Assembly (NCBI GenBank): GCA_965603365.1
Contig: CBFDCR010000023.1
Location: 54 to 64,053, forward strand
Length of the DNA stretch: 64,000 nt
Direction: 5' to 3'
Origin: an uncultured bacterium
GTDB lineage: Bacteria > Acidobacteriota > Aminicenantia > UBA2199
A program made the translations under genes and the position numbers. The notes beneath the pieces were generated by a model. It ran no database searches and was not told the origin of the DNA. It saw only the letters and a program-made list of their open reading frames with translations. Shown here in pieces: positions 57,262 through 64,000 of this stretch (its first letter is position 1; every line of letters starts with the position of its first letter).

Positions 57262-57440
57262 TGGTGAGGGAATTATTCTATTGCGCTGTTCTAAATAAGA
57301 TATCCTTCTGGGATTCGTTAATCATCACCGCAGCGGAGGCTTCGAAATGTACACAGGTCTGGTCAGAAGATTTAAATCATGGTCAGATCATCCGGGGAGT
57401 GAAGATACACAATCCTCTTTTACTCCAGGGCGAATCATGA
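57262..57440 (+). pseudogene. C-terminal half of a PIN/VapC toxin
   Basis: ISFWDSLIITAA...WSEDLNHGQII.GVKIHNP; N-terminal half absent; left boundary approximate. Confidence 0.75.
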
Positions 57441-57590
57441 TGAGATTTTTTTCTGTCATACGGTACCGGTTTGGATGAAGATGGGTCTTACCGGCAGATG
57501 CCCTGGATCATGAATTTATCTCGGAATAAAGACTAAACCTGGAAAAGGAACCACATTTTATGTTATAATACCCTTGAAAAGAGATTAGTT

Positions 57591-57818
57591 ATGATAACAG
57601 AAGTAGCTGCAAAAAGGTCGTCAGGCCCGGCACGGTATGCAAATCTCCTTATAGTAGAGGATGAGACTCTGTCCAGAATAGAATTGGCTGAATTGCTTCG
57701 GTATTATGGTTATAAAGTATCGCGGGCAAGATCAGGGAGAGAGTCGGTGGCAAAGGTAATAAAAAAAAATAGAGAGATAGACGCAATTCTAATGGACATC
57801 ATGGCGGTAACCCCTTAA
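57591..57818 (+). pseudogene. Truncated receiver domain
   Basis: LLIVEDE...ILMDIM, then runs into the convergent ORF. Confidence 0.6.
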
Positions 57819-58610
57819 ATCGAAAGGGATATCTTCTGTCTCCTGTGTTAAAAGAATCACAGCTTTTCCGATTGCATGGGCATAGCCGACTTCGTAGTAG
57901 ACATTCGGATTCCTGCCGGTCATATCTGCCACAATAAATCGGGCTCGTTTTATCCGACTATAGACCTGTTCCATAATACCACCGACAGACTGTACCTCGT
58001 CGGCCCTTTCGCAGTAAAGGCCCTTATGGACTAATGGTTCTTTGATAGCCAGTTGATAGATCTCCTTAAATTCTTTGTCAAACGGCATCAGGACAAACAC
58101 ATAGGATCTGGCTAAGAGCAAATTTTTTCTACGGACACTCTCTTCAAAGGCTTTTTCAACGATAATTTCAAGTTCATCCATCACGAATGGTTTGTTTAAC
58201 GCCCAAAAAGCCCCTGCTTTCATGGCCTTTACAAACTTCTCGGGTTGGTTAAAATCTGTGGTATATATGGGACAAACAGTGGAATCGATTTTAATGATCT
58301 CTTCGATGAGACTAATACTACTTAAGAAATCCTTTGTGAAATGAACCAGTAGGGCATGGGGGCTCCACTCTTTAATTATTTTTAAAGCTTCTTGTTTGTC
58401 TGTAGTATCTCGAACAGCGTATCCTGAATGTTTGGTCAAAAATTCAAAATACTCTTTTTTCACCGCCGGATCATCTTCCACGAGTAAGCATCGACCTTTT
58501 TCAGCCTCTTTTTTTGAATCATTGCCTGTTGTTATTCTATTTACTCCGCTAATTTCAATTTTAGCAGGTCCTTCAGGGGGTAGTATAATTAATTTCCAAT
58601 TTAAAATCAA
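57789..58610 (-). CDS. Pseudo-receiver domain fused to a nucleoside-2-deoxyribosyltransferase/TIR-like domain, probably 3'-clipped
   Basis: LLVEDD...ALLVHF (no phospho-Asp)...KPF; FVLMPF...RADE...VADMTGRNPNVYYEVGYAHA...IPFDL. Confidence 0.72.
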   Translation of the reverse strand: MILNWKLIILPPEGPAKIEISGVNRITTGNDSKKEAEKGRCLLVEDDPAVKKEYFEFLTKHSGYAVRDTTDKQEALKIIKEWSPHALLVHFTKDFLSSISLIEEIIKIDSTVCPIYTTDFNQPEKFVKAMKAGAFWALNKPFVMDELEIIVEKAFEESVRRKNLLLARSYVFVLMPFDKEFKEIYQLAIKEPLVHKGLYCERADEVQSVGGIMEQVYSRIKRARFIVADMTGRNPNVYYEVGYAHAIGKAVILLTQETEDIPFDLRGYRHDVH

Positions 58611-58791
58611 ATCGAAAAGCAGCCTTACCTTGCAGACAGGGATGAATATCCCATCGTTCCATCATTCCAGGGTTTGATTCATTTCTGTGGGGGCTGGGCA
58701 AAGAGATTGAATTCTGTTATAATGGGGGAAAGTGGCCGCGGGGCGGCGTGGATGTGCTGTGCCGCGGCTGTCGGTTTTGCAGGAGATTTTA

Positions 58792-60264
58792 GTGATTAAA
58801 ACGTTTAAAGCGAAGATATGGGATCTATTGAAAGAGAAGGAGGTGTCCCTGGCCCTGCTGTATGACCGGGAAGGCAGAATCCTGTGGCACAAGGGCAGGT
58901 CCATGGTGGGGAAAACCATTGCCGAGGGGGAGGGGTTTTGCAAGAGCTATATTCGCCAGAGCCTGGAGAGCGGCGGCGGCATCCACCAGGAGGATGTGGT
59001 GGTGGCCTCGACCCAGGACGAGTTGTCCCGCTCCGCCCAGCGACTGTTTGTGCGCAGCGTCGTCATCCAGCCCATCGACAAAGACTTCTTCCTGTATATC
59101 GACAGCGGCACCAAAAAATATTTTAACGAACTGGAGCGGGAACTGTTTAAAATGCTGGGGGAACTGCTGGGGGAGACTATTCGCAACATCAAAAAAAATG
59201 AACAGAGTGTAGATGGGATTAGCGGAAACAGCCGCTTGATCCAGAACATACGGAAACTGGTGTTGAATTACTCTTTAGAAGACGATCCGGTACTGCTGGT
59301 GGGTGAGACCGGGGTGGGTAAGACCCATATTGCCGAATTGATGCATAAATATTCCGGCAGAACCGGCAAGTTTGTGGTGGTGGATGTGCCCACCATCAAT
59401 GAAAATCTCTTCGAGAGTGAGATTTTCGGCCATAAGAGGGGCAGCTTCACCGGGGCCCTGGCCGATAAAAAAGGATTGGCGGCGGAAGCCGAAGAAGGAA
59501 CCCTGTTCCTGGATGAGATATCGGAAGTCCCGGTCTCCTTCCAGGCCAAATTGCTGCGTTTGATCGAAACCAGGAAATACCGGGTACTGGGCGAGACTGT
59601 TGAGCGGGAAGCGGATGTGCGCATCGTGGCGGCAACCAATAAGAAGTTGGCCGAAGCCATCGACAAAAAAGAGTTTCGGGAGGATCTGTATTACCGGCTG
59701 AATGTGCTGGGCATCGAGATACCGCCGCTGCGGCAGCGCCGGGAAGATATCGAGTTAATAGTTAAGGAGAATCGGAAATATCTAAAGGGCAAAGAAGTTG
59801 GAGAGGGCTTCTGGGAGACCTTTAACCGCCACGATTGGCCCGGAAATTTCAGAGAGCTGTTCAGCGTTTTGAAACGGGCCGGGATCATGGCCGACAGCCC
59901 CCTTACCGGTAAGGATATCCAGGCCATTATCGATGAACAGCGCCGTGACCGCCAGGTAAAAAAGGGGGATGAAAAGATGGGGCAGGTTCGCCGGGAACTG
60001 GATGAGGGCAAAAATTTCTGGGCGGTAGTATGGGAACGCTTCATCAACCGGGATCTGAATCGAGATGAGGTAAAGGAGATCTTAGAAGACGCCTATGGGA
60101 GATGTGGGGCGAAGTTGAAGAATCTGGCAGAGATGCTCCATATCGAAGAGGCCGATGTGAAAAAATTTGTGGCCCTCCTGCACAAATACGACATCCATCC
60201 CGCTCATTCTTCCACCGGCAGCAGGGCATATCGTTCGTTTAGGGGGATTGACTCGCCGAAATGA
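58792..60264 (+). CDS. sigma54-interacting transcriptional activator with N-terminal GAF-like sensor
   Basis: GETGVGKT, GSFTGA, TLFLDEI, FREDLYYRL, WPGNFREL; GTG 58792 after SD aggag. Confidence 0.88.
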   Translation: MIKTFKAKIWDLLKEKEVSLALLYDREGRILWHKGRSMVGKTIAEGEGFCKSYIRQSLESGGGIHQEDVVVASTQDELSRSAQRLFVRSVVIQPIDKDFFLYIDSGTKKYFNELERELFKMLGELLGETIRNIKKNEQSVDGISGNSRLIQNIRKLVLNYSLEDDPVLLVGETGVGKTHIAELMHKYSGRTGKFVVVDVPTINENLFESEIFGHKRGSFTGALADKKGLAAEAEEGTLFLDEISEVPVSFQAKLLRLIETRKYRVLGETVEREADVRIVAATNKKLAEAIDKKEFREDLYYRLNVLGIEIPPLRQRREDIELIVKENRKYLKGKEVGEGFWETFNRHDWPGNFRELFSVLKRAGIMADSPLTGKDIQAIIDEQRRDRQVKKGDEKMGQVRRELDEGKNFWAVVWERFINRDLNRDEVKEILEDAYGRCGAKLKNLAEMLHIEEADVKKFVALLHKYDIHPAHSSTGSRAYRSFRGIDSPK

Positions 60265-61733
60265 AAATGGTTCAGTAACATTTCATAATCTTCTGCCGTA
60301 AATTGATGAAATGCCGCCAGGTCTTTCACCGTGGGCGTAACGGAGGCCACCTCGGACAGGAAGTAGATCGACTCTCCTCGACGGCGCCGCCATTCGATAT
60401 CCCGGCTGATATCGTCAAGGCTAAAACCCCGGCCCAGCCGCCAATCCAGGATGATGACGCCCCGAAGGGCAAAATAGGGAATATAGATCTTGCCGTACGC
60501 ATACGCGCCCCGGCCGGCACCGGCAATGACGATGGTGGCATTTTGGGGGGTCTTCTCAAAGATCGACTGGCTCAGCCCATACCGGTGATTGTTTTCGATC
60601 CGGCTGTTGGGCCGAACCGTGGTGAAGAAATTAAGAAGAAAAACAACAATCACCAGGCAGGCAGTCCCTATCCGGGCCGCGGTTTGCCGTTTTGCCCGGG
60701 CCGATACCATCACCACCAGGATCAGGAAGGGGATGAGGGGGATCAGCTTAAATTCTGTGGCCCGGGTCATCCAGAAGGCGAAAAACAGGAAAAAGGGCAA
60801 TATCCAGAACAGGGATAGATAGAGGAATCTCCTGTCCGTTAAGCGGCGAGCCCCCCAGGCAACCAGGACGACCAAACCGATGAACAGGGCTGTGGCCATA
60901 ATATTGAGAAGGGGGCTGCCGGTGAGGATGAGGCTGTTGGCCGATGTCTCCACCGTAGCCAGCAGGGTTTTGGGGGAGAAGGAATTCCAGCGGCTCAACG
61001 GATAGCCGCTGAAAGGGTTGGCCCCAAATAGAACCTCCCGGGCCCATTGGGGCAGGGCGATACCGGCGGAGCGGCTTAAGGCCCACAGGGGAACCAACAG
61101 GAAGAGGGCATAACTGGCGATGAATAAAATTATTTTTTTGACACCGCTGCGGCGATAAATCAGGAAGAGAAAAGCGGAGAGACAAATCAGCCCGTTGGTC
61201 AGGTGAAAACCGGCAGATAGGGCAAAGAAGAGGGCCGATAATATCAGCCGCCACCACCGGTTCCGGGATGAGAGCAGGCAGTAGACCCCGGCTAAAATAA
61301 AGAACAGCCCCGGCATGTGGACCTCCGCTTCGGTGGCGTAGTACCAGAACACCGAGGAGAAGGCGATGAGCAGGATGGCGGCGGCTTTATAATAGAAATC
61401 GAGAGCCGGGGTAAGGCGATCCACAATTTTGTAAACCAGGATCAGGGAGAGCAGGCCGAAGAGCAGGGAGAGCATTTGCAGGAAGAAGTACTCTAAGATC
61501 GGCACGCCCGACAATGAAGCGGTAAGCTTGTACAGCACAAAGCTAACGGGAAAATAGTAAAGATGGTGCGGTTGAATGACCGTTTTTAAATCGTTCTGGA
61601 TCACGGCGCGGCGCAGGAAGTGGCTGAATACCGTGCCGTCGAAGTCGTAGTCCACCGGCAGATAGACAATATACATGTAGAGGATGAAGAAAAAAATGCC
61701 GAACCATATCCAGCGGCGTGTACCGGGTTTCAT
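60204..61733 (-). CDS. GT-C fold (ArnT/PMT-like) membrane glycosyltransferase
   Basis: DYDFDG in the first loop, PHHL, WYYATEAEVH, FHLT, more than 10 TM segments. Confidence 0.65.
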   Translation of the reverse strand: MKPGTRRWIWFGIFFFILYMYIVYLPVDYDFDGTVFSHFLRRAVIQNDLKTVIQPHHLYYFPVSFVLYKLTASLSGVPILEYFFLQMLSLLFGLLSLILVYKIVDRLTPALDFYYKAAAILLIAFSSVFWYYATEAEVHMPGLFFILAGVYCLLSSRNRWWRLILSALFFALSAGFHLTNGLICLSAFLFLIYRRSGVKKIILFIASYALFLLVPLWALSRSAGIALPQWAREVLFGANPFSGYPLSRWNSFSPKTLLATVETSANSLILTGSPLLNIMATALFIGLVVLVAWGARRLTDRRFLYLSLFWILPFFLFFAFWMTRATEFKLIPLIPFLILVVMVSARAKRQTAARIGTACLVIVVFLLNFFTTVRPNSRIENNHRYGLSQSIFEKTPQNATIVIAGAGRGAYAYGKIYIPYFALRGVIILDWRLGRGFSLDDISRDIEWRRRRGESIYFLSEVASVTPTVKDLAAFHQFTAEDYEMLLNHFHFGESIPLNERYALLPVEE

Positions 61734-61782
61734 CTCTCCATTTTAGTCAAAGTGGCGAAAAAAAGCAAATGTAAAAAAACAT

Positions 61783-61825
61783 AAGATAACCCGGGAGTTA
61801 TATCGTATAACCCCCGGGTTATCTT
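61783..61825. promoter_or_regulatory. 43-bp inverted repeat made of two ATAAC-N6-GTTAT sites, candidate enhancer
   Basis: aagataacccgggagttata-tcg-tataacccccgggttatctt (1 mismatch), about 60-100 bp upstream of a sigma54 promoter. Confidence 0.7.
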
Positions 61826-61883
61826 CTAACGGGCCGATATTTTAAGATCCCCATTTATAGGGAATTTTGCAGCATATTTAACC

Positions 61884-61899
61884 TGGCACCAAAATTGCG
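61884..61899 (+). promoter_or_regulatory. sigma54 promoter
   Basis: TGGCACcaaaaTTGCG. Confidence 0.75.
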
Positions 61900-61933
61900 A
61901 TATAATTAGTATCAAAGTTAAAGGAGTCGCTAC

Positions 61934-63439
61934 ATGAAACGATTATGGATGATTTTTTTGATAACGGTTACAGTCTTGATCATAGGGAGCTGCAATCCCG
62001 ACCAGGGGAACACGCCCAATCCGCCGCCGCCGGAGGAGAATCCCGTTCCCGTGCTGTCGTCGATGTCGCCCACCACCAGGGCGGCCCACATGCCGGCCTT
62101 TAGCCTGACTGTCAAGGGCAGCGATTTTGTGCAAGGCGCCGAAATCGTGTTTAACGGAGATGAGATGGAGACCACCTTTGTCAGCGATACCGAACTGTAC
62201 TGTGAGATTGGCCCGGACGACACGCTGGTGGACCCCCAAAACCTGGACTGCACCGTTTTGGTGCTGGTGCGCAATCCCTCGCCCGGCGGCGGTGATTCCA
62301 ATTCCCTGGACTTTTCCATTACCGCCAACCCCGGTTTTACCGAGGCCGTCAATCTTTCCACAGAGTTCGGCACCACCCAGTGGATGGAACTGCTGGTGAC
62401 CGATGAGGGCGCCGTGTATGTCTGCCTCAACGAATTTCTTTTAGACGCGATATATATGAAACGCTCTACAGACGGCGGCCAGACCTGGGAGCCGGCTGCG
62501 GCCATAACCGGCGAGAACGATGCCGGTTACGGCCAGCCCTCCCTGGTGGTCGATAAGGCCGGTAACCTGGATTTCAGCTTCTGTAACTATCTCGGTTGTG
62601 AGCAGTTGTGGTTCAAACGCTCCACCGACGGCGGCCAGACCTGGAGTGCCAGTGTGCCCATCGCCACCGGTTATCCCTTCACCTGCCTGACCTGGACCCC
62701 CAGCAGCCTGACCGTGGATTCTGCCGGGAACCTGAGTGTGGTATTTAATACTGCCTGGGAAGAGGATGCCTGGGGCCATGTCTATTTCAGCCGTTCATTG
62801 GACAACGGTATAACCTGGAGTCCTTATTGGATGCTGTCGCAACCCAACAGCGCGGTGAGGCCGCAACTGCGCACCGACAGCCAGGACAATCTCTATCTAC
62901 TCTGGCATGAGCGAGCATATGTCGCGGGAGGGAGGCGCTGGCGCCTGGTGCTCCACCGCTCCAGCAACGGCGGTGCCCGCTGGACTGACGGAAAGGTGAT
63001 CTCCCACAAACCGGGGGAGTTTAACGACTATGCACCTCACTTCGATGTGGGCGTTGACGATCATCTCCATGTGATCTACTCCTGGAAGACCGCCTTCAAT
63101 CTCGGCAATCCGCAGCTCTATTTTACCCGCTCTACCGACCGCGGGGCCACCTGGAATGAGCCGGTCAATATTTCCAACAATAGTTTAAAGAATTATGATC
63201 CCTCCCTGGCCTCCGACAGCGCCGGCAATATCAATGTGGCGTGGAGCCGGGGGGGAGACGTCTATTTTCGCCGCTCCATCGACGGCGGCTTCACCTGGAC
63301 CGAACCGCTGAATATTTCCCACAATGAGGGGACTTCGTTCGTTCCCTTCATCGGCGTGGACGCCTCCGGCAATATCAAGGTGGCCTGGAAAGACACCACA
63401 GACGGAGGCATCATGGTCTTTTTTTCCCGCAGTTTGTGA
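61934..63439 (+). CDS. Lipoprotein with IPT/TIG domain and BNR/Asp-box (sialidase-like) propeller
   Basis: Lipobox IIGSC; NPVPVLSSMSP...NPSPGGG Ig domain; six RSxDGGxTW-type Asp boxes. Confidence 0.82.
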   Translation: MKRLWMIFLITVTVLIIGSCNPDQGNTPNPPPPEENPVPVLSSMSPTTRAAHMPAFSLTVKGSDFVQGAEIVFNGDEMETTFVSDTELYCEIGPDDTLVDPQNLDCTVLVLVRNPSPGGGDSNSLDFSITANPGFTEAVNLSTEFGTTQWMELLVTDEGAVYVCLNEFLLDAIYMKRSTDGGQTWEPAAAITGENDAGYGQPSLVVDKAGNLDFSFCNYLGCEQLWFKRSTDGGQTWSASVPIATGYPFTCLTWTPSSLTVDSAGNLSVVFNTAWEEDAWGHVYFSRSLDNGITWSPYWMLSQPNSAVRPQLRTDSQDNLYLLWHERAYVAGGRRWRLVLHRSSNGGARWTDGKVISHKPGEFNDYAPHFDVGVDDHLHVIYSWKTAFNLGNPQLYFTRSTDRGATWNEPVNISNNSLKNYDPSLASDSAGNINVAWSRGGDVYFRRSIDGGFTWTEPLNISHNEGTSFVPFIGVDASGNIKVAWKDTTDGGIMVFFSRSL

Positions 63440-63481
63440 ATGGGGGTTGTGGCCCGCAGCATGTTGGAGTAAAATAGCCGG

Positions 63482-64000
63482 GTGAAGTTGACGGATTTTG
63501 ATTTTGAGCTGCCTGAAGGTAGAATCGCCCGGTTCCCGGCGGACAGACGGGACGAATCGCGCTTGATGGTGGTAGAGCGGCAGACCGGCCGGATATCCCA
63601 CCGTCGATTCGGGGACTTAATCGGTCTGGTGAAGGAGGATGATTTCCTGGTGATCAACAACTCCCGGGTCGTGCCGGTACGGCTCCTGGGCACGATCGGG
63701 GAACGGCTGGTGGAGATCCTGATCACCGGCAGTAATGATGCGGACAACCGGGTGTTTGAGGCCCTGGCCCTGCCGGCCAAAAAGTTCAAGCCCGGGGTAA
63801 GAGTCACCTTTGGCGGCGATCTCGCTGCCGAGGTGATTGAAATCGGCAGCCGGGGCAAACGCCGGCTCAGGTTTAACCGGGACCGGTCCACCATCTTAAA
63901 ACACGGCTATGCCCCCCTGCCCCCCTATATCAAACGGAAAGGCGACGAGGCCCGGCAGTACCGGGATTTTGACCTGGATCGTTACCAGACGGTTTATGCC
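63482..64000 (+). CDS. queA: S-adenosylmethionine:tRNA ribosyltransferase-isomerase (3'-partial)
   Basis: Manual translation MKLTDFDFELPEGRIARFP...RDESRLMV...LVINNSRV...PLPPYIKR...RYQTVYA. Confidence 0.93.
   Translation, partial: MKLTDFDFELPEGRIARFPADRRDESRLMVVERQTGRISHRRFGDLIGLVKEDDFLVINNSRVVPVRLLGTIGERLVEILITGSNDADNRVFEALALPAKKFKPGVRVTFGGDLAAEVIEIGSRGKRRLRFNRDRSTILKHGYAPLPPYIKRKGDEARQYRDFDLDRYQTVYA

Noticed and set aside
63262-63894. 210-aa minus-strand ORF
   Set aside because: Antisense to queA and the lipoprotein gene.

Overview
A 64 kb bacterial chromosomal window. The gene style (many CHAT/TPR, trypsin-like, AAA_14/DUF4143 and PIN genes plus heptamer-periodic intergenic repeats) is reminiscent of Ca. 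Aminicenantes/Acidobacteriota, but that assignment is inference only. A small housekeeping core (yggS-yggT-divIVA-recA, partial queA at the right edge) sits among accessory material. Two systems stand out. (1) A compact, apparently uncharacterised RiPP locus at 54.4-57.3 kb: a 61-aa precursor ending ...SRYAEAHGRGCSC, its own near-consensus promoter, and two coupled radical SAM/SPASM enzymes, each with an N-terminal RRE-like extension. (2) A protease-signalling or conflict locus at 1-16.4 kb: an AraC-trypsin fusion with an altered triad, two tandem CHAT-STAND NTPase-TPR giants whose caspase-like catalytic Cys is Ser, a pentapeptide-repeat protein with an intact CHAT dyad, and a small protein-trypsin-SMEK operon. 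Also present: an Avs4-like STAND nuclease; two PIN toxin-antitoxin modules, each bracketed by palindromic direct repeats and next to 21-bp periodic arrays; a sigma54 promoter with paired palindromic enhancer sites driving an apparently non-coding region; an NtrC-like activator with a Walker A Lys->Met change; a triple-operator array over a leaderless ATPase gene; a single-Cys TusE/DsrC-DsrM-DsrK-like module; and many gene relics. All calls come from reading motifs by eye; no searches were run.
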